From the NCBI RefSeq assembly GCF_009914755.1, contig NC_060931.1: a stretch of DNA of 64,000 nucleotides, one strand, 5' to 3'. Shown in pieces: positions 38,096-52,719 of this stretch. Under the pieces are notes generated by a model that made no database searches, was not told the DNA's origin, and saw only the letters and a list, made by a program, of their open reading frames with translations. Both the position numbers and the translations under genes were made by a program. This stretch comes from the human T2T-CHM13v2.0 reference genome, Homo sapiens. Position 1 is the stretch's first letter, and every line of letters starts with the position of its first letter.

Positions 38096-38690
38096 GCAAT
38101 AACGTGTTCCTCTTAATAAAACACATCCCTGTGTCGTCAACAACCACTTGGCTGTCTACGGACATCACGGGTGCTCGGCGCGGGATCTGAGTGGCGGGCC
38201 TGAGTCCAGGTGTGGAGTGAGGGGGCAGTGCGGTCTGGGCCGCAAGGACACCCAAAAGATCACCTGAGCATGGTCCGGAGAGACAGGGTGACCGCCCCGG
38301 CCCCTGCAGTGTGCGGCCCCCTCAGGAGACAGCGGCCCGTGACCCCAGAGCTCAGGAGTCCGGCCAGGGCCACCCTGCAAGGGTGAGATGAAGGCTCTTA
38401 GCAGACATGGGTGGCCAGACAGTACGTTTGCCCACACACGGTCCCAACGATGTAGCACAGCCTGGGCACAGCACCTTTCCCAGCTCAAAGGTTGGGATTC
38501 CAGCATGACAGGCCCAGCAAGTCTGTCCAGGCTGCTGCAGCTGGAACTGGGGACCACCTGGCTCAGGGCTGCAGCTGCCCCGCAACTCTCGCGATCATAC
38601 CCTTCAGCAGGTCCCTGATGACGTGAGACAGGGAACAATGTCTGGAACCCTGCATGGCTGAAGACATCTCTACCTCACCATCAGGGCTGA

Positions 38691-39022
<332 letters not shown>

Positions 39023-41712
39023 TCTCTTTCAGTGCTGAAGGCATCGCCCTCAGGTCTCAAGTGCTCAGCACTGCTGTGGAGAAGCTTGAATCCGTTCTGA
39101 CTTCTGGTCTTCTACAAGTGACTGGTTCTCACTCCCCGGAAGTAGCAGAGCCGTGTCTCTGTTCTCAACATTATGAAACTCCCCCAGCATGCATTTCTCT
39201 CATGACCCCCACCACACGGCCTGGCTCCCCCAAGTGTCTATTTCCCACCTCTCGTTAGATGTCTCCCTGGCGGCGGCTGGGCGCCTGGCATGAGCAGCGG
39301 CCCCAGGGGGTCCTGCTGGACTGTTTCTGGGAGGCTGCCAGCATTGCCATCTCCAGATCTTCCCTCTAGGATGGGTCTGATGGGTCAGAGATGACTCTCA
39401 GATGCTCAGTGCCAGTGGGAACACAGGGCAGGAGGGAATGTGCCCAGACTCGGAGCAGCGGGACCAGCCTCTGAAGGAGCCCAACACCGGCGTGGTGTAC
39501 TAGTAGGTGACGCAGAGGCCTCCACATCAGGCCGAGGTCTGACCTCGACGAGAGACGACCAAGGATCCCCTGCACGCTGCGGACACAGGAAGCCAGTGGA
39601 GGCCCAGGGCTGGGGGAGCCGCCCGAGTGTCCCTGCAGAGAGTACTCTGGGCCCTGGCAGGCACTGGCAGCCCCGGTCCTGCCCAGGCCCAATGCCGAGC
39701 CAGGCTTCCCGGGACTGAATTATTCATGTTTTGCAAGCTTCTAAACTATTTCAGTTTTACATTTTTAAATATTTAATAATTAGGCATCAAATATTGATGC
39801 AATTTTATTAGCAGCCATGGGCATGGGGCATTGCAGTGGTTATGGCTGTGCGATTTGTATCCGGGTCCTGGCTGGCTCTGCAAGAGACTGTAGGAGGTGG
39901 GGACGCACCTGTAGGCTGGCCGGGGCCCCCCGGGATGTCACCCGTGAGAACCGTACCCCAGCATGCCCCACAGCGCCCCACCTGGCTCATCCCAGGGGCT
40001 GCCGGCCCCAAATCCAAATTCCCGGAGACCAGCCCGAGGGGCTGGCAGGCATCACGGTCCCCAGGAACTGGCTTTGGCAACAGGAGGATGGGACGCCACC
40101 ACCTGCCAGCCAGGGCCTGCTGCTGCCCCAAGAAGATGGTCGCTTCAACTCTGCTGGTACCAGACGGCCCTTGAGACACGGCCTCCATGATGAGCCATGA
40201 GTTCCCCTGCTGGGCAGAAACTGCACACTCTGCGCCAGTGAGAAGACACTCGCCCTGGAATTACACACGGAGGAGCCGCTCCCTGGCCCACCACCTGGCA
40301 GGCGCTGGCTGGGTGAGCTCTGTGCAGCTTTCAAACAGGGCACCTCTTGTGTGATTAACGACTTACTCCAGCAAGCAGCTTGTCACCTTGCACAAAACTG
40401 ATATGAAAAGACACCAGCAATTACAGCCACCAGATTACGGGGTGGGAGAGTCCTGGGGTGACAGGCGGGCGCGGATATCATATTTGGAGAAGAATCCTCC
40501 CCCAGCACCGAGAACACAGCAGCTGAACCCCAAGGGACAGCCCCCTCCCCCGGCACCAGGCTCCACAGCCCCCATGGGGTCCTTCGGCAGCAGAGGCCCA
40601 GCGGAACCTTGGCGGAAGGAGGGACATTGGCCCCCGTGTCAGTGATCCTCCGGACACCCTGCATATGTGGGGGGACGTGGCACCTGCTGAATGGACATAG
40701 AGATGCCTGCAGGAGGCCAGAATCCAGCTCCACGGTCTCTGGCCAGCAACAGGACTACAGGGAGGGCTGGTCGCAGCAGCCGTCCGACGCGTCAGCACAG
40801 GGCCACCTCTGCGATGCCAGCACTGTTGAGGGGACCCCTCGAACACCCGCCGCGGAGCCAAAGCTGGAGCCCACGCTGGGCACTGCCCTGGGGGCTGAGC
40901 AGCTGTCTCCATTGGTCATTCAGGCTTCAGTTCAGAAAAGCCTCCCTGGGCCACCCCCACCAGTGGTCTTCTGGGCACCCCACATTTGCTTTCTCCCTAG
41001 AGCTCACGAGCATCTGAGTTCGCGTGTTTGCCCGTGTCCTGGCCTCTCTTCCACCTGGAACACGTTCGTCAGGTGAGAGCCTGCTCGGGCTTTGAGTAGG
41101 TGCCTGTCCGGAGCAGGAACACGCAGCCTCGGTGCACCCATCCCAGCCGGGCCCCGCCCTGGGGAGGATGGCTACGTTTGTCCCCACCTTCTGGATGGGG
41201 AAACCGACGATGAGAAAGCAGGGAGAGGGCTCCCTGTGACGCCAGTCAGGCGGGACATAGGCTCCAGCATGGCGATGTGGGGCCACAGTGTCTCTCTCCT
41301 GACCCCCAACCCTGCACCCATCCCGTGACCGGAGGCCCTGGCGGGGCCTGGTCTGGGCGCATCAGTCCTTTCAAGTGGCCTCAGCTGCCTGTGCCCACAG
41401 CCCTGATTAGCCGTGAGGATTCATAACTGCAGGCGTGCCTCATGTCCTAAGTGCTACTCCCACAGTTCCCGCTCCTGGGCGGCCGCCTCTCCCTCCATCC
41501 CCCGCACCCCTCGAGCCAGACAACTTGAGTTGCCTTCGGCCTTCCTGGATTCAGCACTCAACACCCGCTGGACACCAGGTTTCAACGCTCTGTCCTCACC
41601 AACCCTCCCTGGCACCACCTCTGCTCGGGGTCTTTCTTTACTAGAGTCCAAATTCTACTTCCTGTCACCCTCCTCTCCCTCCTCCTCAGGCCCCAGGGGT
41701 CTTTCTTTTGAC

Positions 41713-41813
41713 GCAGAGCCCAGCTTCGGAAGGGGAGCACTGCCCCCGGCGCAGTCACTTGCAGAGTCAGAGCCCAGCTTCGGAAGGGAAGCGCCATTGC
41801 CCAGCACAGTCAC
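41713..41813. repeat. Tandem duplication, about 54 bp x2
   Basis: cagagcccagcttcggaaggg...cagtcact occurs twice. Confidence 0.8.
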
Positions 41814-41984
41814 TCGTGTGCAGCCCAGGTGTTCTGCCCTCTGCCGCTACAAGTCCACAGTCCTCCCAGACACCCCAGGCACACTCAGAACGCATGGTGC
41901 TCATTTCTGCTGCCACAATGTGGCGGGCACATTTGCCTTCTGCCAGGGGACGATCTTCACCAGTGAACTTCTGCAAGGCCAGAC

Positions 41985-42192
41985 TCCGGCGTCACCTCCA
42001 GATGAGGCCCCTCTTGGGCATCCCAACCCTCTCCAGTCCGGCGTCACCTCCAGAACAGGCCCCTCTTGGGCATCCCAACCGTCTCCAGTCTGGCGTCACC
42101 TCCAGATGAGGCCCCTCTTGGGCATCCCAACCCTCTCCAGTCCGGCGTCACCTCCAGATGAAGCCCCTCTTGGGCATCCTATCCCTCTCCCC
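41985..42192. repeat. 52-bp minisatellite x4 (TCCGGCGTCACCTCCAGATGAGGCCCCTCTTGGGCATCCCAACCCTCTCCAG)
   Basis: Units start at 41985, 42037, 42089, 42141. Confidence 0.95.
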
Positions 42193-44596
42193 TGGACTGG
42201 GTCTGAACCTCTGCGGCACACACACGCCTTTCCAGCTGCGGCCACCTTTGCAGGGCTGCTTCCCTCACTGTGTGAGCTGCCTGAAGGCAGGGGCTGGGCC
42301 TCACCTGTCCAACCCGCCCTCCATGCAGCTGCAGGGCAGAAGTGGTGGGAGTGGGCTGGGTTCCACATCCCCTCAGACACTTGTCGGGGGTCTGGGGGCT
42401 GACGGGAACCATGGCCAAACCCAGAAGTCTGCAGGAGTACACATAGCTGTCGGGATAGTTTCCTTCTGACCCAAAATCCTGAAGTGGGGGAAACTGGGGT
42501 GGCAGGGGTCCAGATGGCGGCAGGGGCCCTGCGTGCGGGTACAGACCCCAGAACCAGCCAGCTCCGTGTGTGTTAGCAGTGGAAACCGCAAGGCCAGCCC
42601 TGTCGACTGGATGAAGGATGGCCATCTGAGAGACAGACAGCAAATGGGGGCATGTGTGGCTCAAAAGGAAAACTTAACCTATCCTTTTGGGGAACATGAG
42701 CTGAGAAACTCTGGTAAAAGGAAGCAGTTGGGGTCAGAGGTGACTCCTCCTGTTTGGGTGAGGTGAGGCAGGCGGCAGGTGTGGGCACCAGGAGAGATAA
42801 GAATGGGTGGCCACTGCAGAGACTGCAGGCCCTGCACGGAGATGCCAGCCCACAGAGGGCAAGGGGCGCCCATCCTCTCACGGCTCCTCCTGGCACAGGC
42901 AGGGCTGCGGTCCCTGCCGCCGATGCATCAGAGCCACCGGGACCCTGTGCTCCCCATCCCTGCACCAGTGGGGGAACGGTCCTCAGAGCACTCCCCTCTC
43001 ATCCCACCAGCTCCAGGCAGACCCAGCCTCACAGGCCCACAGCCAGGGCCCCTGTGCAGGCAGGGAGCCCACCGCGCACGCACCTCCCAGAGCCAGAAAC
43101 ACTCCAGAGGGAGCAGTGCCCCACAGCGATATCACAGCCGAGTCAAGACGTGACCACAGAACACGGCCACCTCATCTGTTTCCGGAAGCTTCCCTCCAGG
43201 AACATGCCCAGCAGCTGGTCCGTGGAGAGAGGCCTGGGGTGGCGGCGGCGAGGTCCTGGGAGACGTGGGGGCGGGGCTGTGTGGGCTCCGGCCGCTTTGC
43301 ATGCCGCGTGCATGATTAATTTCCCACCGAGGCTTGCAGAACCTCAGCTCCCCGGCAGGCGAGCCCCCTCTGAGAAGAGGGAAGCCTTTCCAGAGCTCAT
43401 CTTTTATTGACTGGGTCATTTTCGAGTCAATCTGTCTGCTTTCGGCAAGACGAGAGTTTTAAATCTCCTGTCTCTTTTCCCCTTTTGGAGATGTGGCAGT
43501 CTATGAAAACCTGCTAATGTAGGCAGCGAGGCCTCGGATTCCTATGTAATGAACTCTTCAGATAGCAGGAGACTCGGGAAGAGGACACGGAACTGCTCCA
43601 GTAATTGGAGCAGCCAGACACAGGGCTCTGGAAGGAGAGGGGCAAGGAGCAGGGTTCTGGGCGGGGTGGGTGCAGGGAGGACCCCTGAGTGCTGAGGAGC
43701 ACTCCACCCGGAGGAAGCGGCCTGGGGTGGCGTGGGGTGGGGGATCCATCAGGGCAGACGGGCTCTGCATGAGGAGGAATCCGTGCGTGCACGCCCGGCC
43801 TGGAGAAGGGAGCGAAGGGAGTGGGAACCGTCGGGGGAGGCTCTCTGAGGCCAAAGGCTTTACCTTCTGGGAGCTGTAGCGGCAGCCAGGCCCCTTGCTC
43901 CCCCAGGTCCTGGAGATGGCCCTGGCGTCCTGGGGGTTGGCGTGGGGTCAGCAACCTGGGACCTCGCAGGGGCTCTGGCTCTAGAAGTGGCGGGGAGGGG
44001 GAGCCCTCGGCTGACACCATGAGGATTTCATGATTTACAGCTGCTATGGGGGGAGGGAGAGCAGCCCCCAGTGGCCTCTCCCCCAGGACAAAGCTGAGGC
44101 TGAGAGGGAAGCAGCTGGTCGGGGACACAGCAGAGCCACTGGGGCTGCAATGCAGGCCGTCCGGATTCCGTGGGGAGTGGAGGGGAGGCTCCCTGGCTGC
44201 CTCCGCCATACAGACTTCACCCCTATGGGAAGAATCCTGCAGGAAACGCCACAGACTCAGTCACGTCCCCTCACAGTTCCTCCTGGGCCCTGCTTGGAGT
44301 CCTGGGTGGCCACACTGGAGGGAACGCCCCATGTCCTGCTGGACGCCACGCTGGGGGAGGAGAGGGTAGACAAGCTCCCAGGGCAGCGTGGGGAGGTCTC
44401 CCCCCCAGCACGCCTGTCCACCTCTCCTCTCCTGCAAGCCCAGGCACCGCGTCCAGGTCCCAGGCCCGACCCCACAATGGGGGACATACTCTCCACTCTG
44501 CCACACGGCCTCACTGGCTCTTCCCAGCCCCCTCCCCTGGCCAGTGCTGGCCTGGAGGCCTCAGGACCTGGGAGTCGGAAGGAGGAGATGGCGCTG

Positions 44597-45357
44597 TGAT
44601 GGGTGGCAGGAGACCAGACAGGCATCAGCAAGCGGTGGTTATGCCTGGGCCCAGGACCGCACGTGGGAAGGGACTCTGCAGATGTGTCCGGGGCAGGGAT
44701 GGTGAGACCACGGGCGTTCCTGCATTATCCTGGTGGCCCGCTACAATCACGCGGGTCTTCACACGTCAGAAAGGGAGGCAGGAAAGTCGGCTAGAGATCC
44801 GAAGATGTGCGCTCCGGCTCTGAGGGTGGAGGAAAGGCCGTGTGCCAAGGCACGTGGGTGCTTCTGGGAGCCAGAAAAGGCCGGATGTGGATTCTCCCCA
44901 GAGCCTCTGAAACGAACCGGCCCTGATGACCCCTGGCCTTTAGCCCAGGGAAACGTGTGACTTCCAGAACCCGAGATCACATCGTGTTGAGTTTTTGGTT
45001 TGTTTTTTTGAGACAAGGTCTCACTATGTTGCCCAGGGTAGCAAACAGGGGTGCGATCACAGCTCACTGTGGCCTTGACCTCCCAGGCCCAAGCCATTGT
45101 CCTGCCTCAGCCTCCAGAGTAGCTGGGATTACAGGCAGGTGCTACCACACCCGGCTAATTATTATTATTATTATTATTTTTATAAATAGGGTCTTGCTAT
45201 GCTGCCCAGGCTGGTCTCCAACCGAGCCTCTGGCAATCCCCTGTACCTGGGCCTCCCAAAGCGTTGGGATGACAGGCATGAGTGCCGCGCCGGCCCTGCT
45301 GTGTTGAGTAACTCAGTCAGTGCTGGTTTGTCATGGCAGCAACAGGAGCCTCATGCG
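44597..45357 (+). mobile_element. MaLR LTR (MLT1C/D-like) split by an AluJ
   Basis: gggactctgcagatgtg, cattatcctggtggccc..aatcacgcgggtctt, ggattctccccagagcctct, ...tttgtcatggcagcaacagga. Confidence 0.78.
44992..45295 (-). mobile_element. AluJ element
   Basis: gagacaaggtctcactatgttgccc...gcgatcacagctcactg...(att)n linker...gccgcgccggcc; gtgttgagt near both flanks. Confidence 0.92.
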
Positions 45358-45487
45358 GTGGCATCTAAGGATAGTGTGGGCCTCCGGTTTTCCAGAGCCG
45401 AGCCCTCCCTGCTGGGCCACAGAGCAGCAGGAACTGGGGTCTCACTGGGAGCAACCCTGGTGCCAGGGTCCTCAGAAGCACTGCTCA

Positions 45488-45950
45488 GCTATTCATTCAC
45501 CCAGCAGGTATGTGTGGAGAGGTGCTGGGCGCCTGGTAACACCCCAGGCCCTGAGGACACAGTGTGTATGGAGAGATGAACCCCCTGCCCTAATGGATGT
45601 TGCTTTTCAACTAGGGAAACAGATAAAAAATAAACGAAGTGCAACAGTAGCACCTTGGAGCGGAAGTGCTACAGAGAACCGCAGCCGGGAGGGACGGGGA
45701 GATGGGAGGGGGAGGGCTGCGGTCCGAAAAGGCGTCCTGGCAGCACCTGGCTGGGAAGGAGACCTGGGGCAGACTTAGGGGAAAAGCCACGCGCTTCCCG
45801 GGACAGAAAGCTGCAGGGCCAGGGGACGGCGCAGGCAGAGGTGCTGAGGACGGTCAGGGGCAGCGAGGAACGCCACAGGAGGCCGACGCGGGACGTACGC
45901 GGAGCGGTGTTCCACGGCGGGCTGGAGGACGCACGCTGCCTGCCTCCAAG
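45488..45950 (-). mobile_element. L2 3' end fragment
   Basis: attcattcacccagcagg..., ccaggccctgaggacacag, ccctgccctaatgga..ttcaactagggaaacaga pattern. Confidence 0.6.
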
Positions 45951-46049
45951 TCTCACAGTCAAGGAAGGACCGATGGTCGGCTGCGTGGGACTGCTGCGGG
46001 TACAAGCAAATGTGTCGCCGGCACAGAAGACAGCCAGGACGAAATGTTC

Positions 46050-46900
46050 AGCGTTGAGTGCTTTTCAAAAAGCAAGTGAAAGCAACTCCACGGGGAAAGA
46101 AAAGTCTTTTCCGCCAGCGGGGCCAAAACGACCCAATGTCCACACGGAGACAGTGAGATGTGGACCTCCCCTCACGCCACGAGCAGAACCAGCGGGATAA
46201 GGGGCTTAGTCTAAGGTCGATTCAACACTGGGGTCAGCAGGGAATTCTTGGGACAAAGCACTACCACCATCACTACCACAGGAAAAAGTGATTCGTTATA
46301 CTTCATCGAGATTTAAAACTGCTTATCAAAAGAAAGCATTGAGAAAATGATGAGAACACAATCCAGTCGAAAATGGCAGGGATTTAAGTAGGTATTTTGC
46401 AGAAGATGACCTAGGAGAGGCTAACAAGCCACGTCGGTGCCCATCATCCTCACCTGTGAGGAAGTGCAGGCATCCCCACACACTCCGCACCCACCAGTGG
46501 GGCTGTGGTCAGAAAGAGAGATGCCACCAACACCGGGAGGGTGTGGGGCCCCTGGAGCCTCACGTGGGACATGCAAACGGGTGAAGCCGCCTCGGAAACC
46601 GTAAGGCAGCTCCTCTCCTCCCTAGAATGTGGAAATTCCCCTCCCGTCTGGAGGAACGAAAACTGTATCCACACAAAGACTTGTACCCAAACGTCCACAA
46701 CGTCCACAGCATGACTCATGACAGCCAAAAAGTGGAACCACCCAGACGTCCCTCAGCTGAGGACTGGATGAGTGAATTGTGGTCCGTCTGTGCTAGGCAG
46801 CACGCTGGGCAGTACAGAAAGAGGAGCAAAACACACGTCATGGCACGAGGCGGGGACAGCACGCTGGGCGGTATAGAGAGAGGAGCAAGTCACACGCCAG
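46050..46900 (+). mobile_element. Old L1M ORF2 end and 3' UTR fragment (GC-shifted)
   Basis: acttcatcgagatttaaaact, gcagaagatgac, aaaactgtatccacacaaagacttgtacccaaacgtcc, agccaaaaagtggaaccacccagacgtcc. Confidence 0.78.
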
Positions 46901-49900
46901 AGCATGAGGCATGGCGGGGGAGGCGGGGACACACGCCCAGCAGACAGTGAGCCCTCAAGGAAGGGACTCGACTTAGCCCCTCGGACTACGCATACCCTCC
47001 AGGCCCTGCAAGGGAGTCAGCAGCTGCCCAGGCCAGGCCTGGGGGATGATCACTGGCGGGGAGATGAATTCGTGTCCATGCCCTGTGCTGCGGGTGTCTT
47101 GTTGCCTCCCTGCAGCTCCCCTCCCTCATGAGTAGAAATGACAGTAGTCCCGATCCCACGGTGGGGGCCAGGCTGGGCTCCCAGGAACTCCACTGCATGA
47201 ACAGCCCGGGCACCCCCATTTGCCTACCAGGCACGACCCTGGCGCATCTCCCGAGCCAGCGAGAAGCGAGACCAGGGCACCCCCATTCACCTACGAGGCA
47301 CGACCCTGGCACATCTCCCATGCCAACGAGAACCGAGGCTGGGGCTGGCAGAGGACACGGCTTCTCCAGTGTCCTCCAGTCATCACAGCATCTTGTGACA
47401 GGAATGTCCTCCACTCCCCACTGCAGTTTTCCTCCTGCTTTTCCAGGACAAGGATGCCCACAGCTCGAGGTTGGTTACCCTCCCTGGACCAGGCACCCAG
47501 TTCCCTCCATCCATGTGCCCCAGGGCCGAGCGTCCAGGCGATGCTCAGAACACACACGGACAGAACAGTGTGGGCTTGGCGCTGGGGTCCAGCGAGGGAG
47601 CCGCGGCATGGAGCCACCCGCCCTGCACTGCCAGCACATGGGCCTCCCGCTCGGCTGCCCACCTAGCATGCAGACCACCCAGCCCTGCACACGTGCGCTG
47701 TGCTCACAGGAGCCTCATGACAGCCTGGGGCATGAGGGGCCACACCCCTGACCAGAGATAAGGACATGGGGGCCGAGACAGGGCTGGGTGCCCACCCCGG
47801 GTGAAGGGCGCACCTCCCCTCCAGACAGCCAGAGCTCCCAGCAGCGCCGCCCCTCTCCGCCCTCAGCACCGCCTGGCCGGGGCTCAGGGGAAGCGCCTGT
47901 TGGATGTGTCAGGCACTGAAGAGCTCCCACTTCAATCAGGTTTAAATGCAACTGTGAAGAAATCCCTAATTGGGTACTTGGCTTGAGTTACAAGCAAAGT
48001 TTACAGACGTGCCAGAAAGAAAGAGGAGAGAAGAAGGGTGTCGCGGCGACGGAGCTGCTTGCCACGGCTGGGGACCGTAGCAAGAGCAAGAGGGCTCCTC
48101 AGCAGTCCCTGTGGCTGGCACACGCTGCCCGGGCGTGTGGCCGTGCACAGCCAGGACAGAGAAGTCATCCTGGGCACTTCTGCCAGACACAGCAGGAAGG
48201 GTGGGGCCACCTGGCTGTGCCAGGAACATTCTTACCTATCTCTGGTTCCCCAGGAAGACAAAGCCCCCAGAGCAGCAAAGAGAAGGGCTAGCGGGGACGG
48301 AGGGCGGCCCTGACTGTGTTGCATCAGGCCCCACCCTGTGGTTCAGCCCAGAGCCCAGCAGACTAGATGTGGGGCTGGGGAGGGGCCCAGGCAGCGCTGT
48401 ATCCCTACAACCTGAATCGTGGGCCCACATATCACACCCCACCTCGCAGACCAGCACCTCTGCCCAGTCCACGGCCAGCGCCCGGCTCAGCCTGCCCCGG
48501 ACCGTGCTCCACTCTGCAGCCAGGCCACCTTCCAAATTGACAGAATGCCTCCGAGGCTCTGTGTGACCCTCAGGATGGAGCCCAGAAGCCCCACGATGGC
48601 CCAGTGGGGACCGCCCCAGCCTGGTCTCTGGCCCTGCTGCAGTGAGGCCCACCTGTGTCCCAGCCCTGGGACCTCAGCCCCAGCGCAGTCCCCTCCCCAC
48701 ACCTCTGCTGACTTCTCACTGGTGCTGCAGAACCTGGTTCTGGGAGCGTCTGTCTGGATCCTCCCTCGGCTCCGTCTTGGGGCCCCCGAGCATGTTCCCA
48801 ACACACAACCGCAGTCACGCCACTGGGGACGGTGCTTCAGCCCTCCGCACTGCCCAGGAGCTCCGAGGCCCAGGCCGGGTCCACGGCATGGGGGGCGCCC
48901 AGTCCAGGGAGGATCTGTTTGCAGGCAGCCAGGCGGGTGTGCCCAGCACAGAGGGTGGTACCCTTCCTCTACCCCGCTCACCTGCAAACCCTGTGATTAA
49001 ATCCCATGATTCCTTTACAACTCTAATTACACACCTAATTAATGGTGCTGGCCTTTATTACCCAACACCAACACCAAAGAACAGCATGGAGAGAAGGGCC
49101 TAGGGTGTTTAACTGGAGTGCCAGCCAGCCTTCAGCAAAGCCACTGTGCTCTGAGGCCACTGCCCCACCTGGACTGCACTTGGGCCCACCTGAGGAGACC
49201 ACAGCTCCCGGCCCCAGGGCGACTGGTGCTGTGGCTACTCCTGGCCCCAGCCCCCCTCCCCTCCCCTCCCCTCTCTACAGGGCGCCTCAATGAGTGCACA
49301 GGGTGAGAGCACGTGGCAGGGCAGGGGCACTGATCCTTCCAACACCCGTCCTGTCTCTGGGTCACCCCAGGCTCTGGCGGCTCTTGCCAGCAGGGCAGTT
49401 CCCTCCGGCCCATGCCGCCATGATCCGGCCCCTCCCCAGCAAGGACAGGGACCTCCTCCTATCGTTCAGTCCCAGGAGTCTGCAGAGATCGTCCGCCTGT
49501 CACGCTCACCCTTGGTGCGGGGACAGACGCTCACAACTGCCCCAGGACCTGGGCCGGTGGTCCCGTTTCTCAAATGGGGAAGCTGAGATGCAGAGAGAAA
49601 AGGGTCCACCCAGACCCCCAACTGTTACGACGTGGAGCAGGACCTCCATCCAAGCCTTCTGACCTCAGGCTCCCAGGCCGTCCAACACGGCTGCCCCGGC
49701 CTCAGATGGACACACGGTGTGTTGGAGCCAGGGACACCTGCAGCCTGCAAGGTCTCCTCTGCCTTCTCTCCCTGACCTGGTGCAGGAGGTCCAGGTGGCT
49801 GGCACTGAAGGCAGAACTGTAAAGCCAAGCCTGCCGTCCTCGCTGGGGACCTACCACACAAAGGGAGGACCGCACTGGGGAATGGGCTCATTGGGAGCCA

Positions 49901-50859
49901 CTTTTGTTTCTCTACCCACCAGCCTGGCTCAGCTTCTACCAAATGGGCTCCTGCACGGGCCCAGAGGCCAATGGGCTCAGGCCACAGCCGCCATCGTCGC
50001 CATCACCATCATGCTGAGCACACATCATGGGCCAGCGGTGCCTCTGCTATAAACACACCCTCCACAATGACCGTGATTGGAGTGAGCCACATGTCAGAGC
50101 TGAGAGAGCTGAACCCAAGGTCACATGGCTGCTGGTGCAGAGCTGGGACCATGGCCCAAGTCCAAAACAGCTGACAGTGTGTGGCAACCCCTCCTCCATC
50201 AGCTCAGGAGCAACTTTGCTTTGGAACTGAAATTTAACTTTGATCAACAAAAAGAAACTGCAGATGACTCTGGGGAGGGAGCTGAAGTTGCAAAGTGCCC
50301 AGGGGTGGCAGGGCGGAGTCAGCCTTACCCACACCCCTCCTCCAGTCCACCCAACGCTTATAGAGGGCCAGTGCCAACAGCTCCAGTGACACGGAGGTCC
50401 CCAGGAGGGCGCACAGCAGGGCTGCAGCAGCGTTAGGAGACAGCAACCCCCAGAGTCAGAAGCCGGGGCTGTGTGGGCCCAGCATCCCTGTCCTTCCCCA
50501 GTACATGAGTGCTCCTGGGTCCCCGGCTTGCCCCCAACCCTGCAGCTCTCGGGACTTGCCTGTCATTGCGTGAGCCAACTCCCTGTAACAAGCATCTCCG
50601 TGTGCGTGCGTGCGTGCGTGTGCATGTGCGTGTGTACACACATTCTACGAGTTCTGTGTTTCGGCAGAACCCTGCCCAGTAAGCTCGCCCGGGGCTGTGT
50701 TGTCTGCAGATGGAGCAGCGACAGTGTGTGGGAGGAGCAGGGGCAGAGAAAGTCGGGGAGACTCGGCTGCCGTGGCAGCCTCACACTGTGTTGTGGACCC
50801 AGCGATTCCTCAGAGGCACCAAGGGAAGTGGTTAAAACAGGAAGACCCGCTGCACGCTC

Positions 50860-51235
50860 TCACCCACGGGAGCGGGGGGAACCCATCGCATGGAGTTGGG
50901 GGAGAAGGAGGGTGCAGGTGTGGGGTGGGCGGGGATGAACGGAGGCTGGTCAGTGGGTACAGACGCACAGCCAGATGGAAGGAGTAAGACCTCACGTTCC
51001 ACAGCCGAGTGGGGGCGGACTACAGTCAGCCACATGTGCTGTCTACTTTAAAACAGTGAGAAGAGAGGACAGGAGGTCTTCCCAACACTTAGAAATGACC
51101 AGTCCATGAGGTGACGGATACCCCAAATACCCCTGTGTGGCCACTGCCCATTCTGGGCATGCAAGACAACATCACCTACACCCCATAACGATGCACGAAC
51201 ACTGTGTATCCATTTAAAAACCGACAGCAAAAAAC
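50860..51235 (+). mobile_element. L1MA-type 3' UTR (GC-shifted)
   Basis: gggtacagacgcacagccagatggaaggagtaagacct; agaagagagga..ttcccaacacttagaaatga; gaggtgacggatacccc. Confidence 0.8.
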
Positions 51236-51609
51236 CCTAATCTTCATTGACTGAATAAAAAAGATTCACGGGACATCCGGTCCAGACAGAAAAGGGTGCA
51301 GATTCATGTTCCCTGCTCCTCCTGCAAAGCTCGGCTCTGAGCCCTGGAGACGACGAGACAGGCAACCCAAAGAGAGGGTGGGGAGGTGGGAAGAGGGCGG
51401 AGAGGCGGCCTGGAGCCAGCAGTGGGGACTCAGGACCCCTGCCCAGCAGATGGCAGCCCAGATGACACACTCCTGCCTGGACCGGAGCCTGCAAAGGGAA
51501 CCCCGGCACGCTGCGGGTCTGAGACGTGGTATCGGTGAGGGAGGCGGCCCTGAGGCGCCCTTCCCTGCTCAGACACAGACGCTGGAAAGCCAAAGATTCT
51601 TCCACTAGA

Positions 51610-52380
<771 letters not shown>

Positions 52381-52719
52381 GGGGTTCAGGTTCTGGGAAA
52401 GATGAAGAAACCAATCAGCCCTGTCTCTCCCTGAGGCAGCTCTGACGATGGAGGGAGTGCAGCCAGCAGCCGACTACAGACCTGGAGAGCCACAGGCTGC
52501 AGGCGGGCTGAGGTCGGAACCCAGAACCACTAGCATCACCAGCCCAGCGGCGAGCGCCCTGCTTCCAGCTGCGAGAGACATGCAGCTGGACCTGGCCGCG
52601 CCGCGTCTTTACTGCGCTGCACCCCACGAGCCACGAAGGCAGAGTCTCCATTCACACAGACCTCCCACGCCTCGCCTCAGCAGCTTGCCGTTGTCGGCGT
52701 GCTGTGGTGTTAGTGATGC

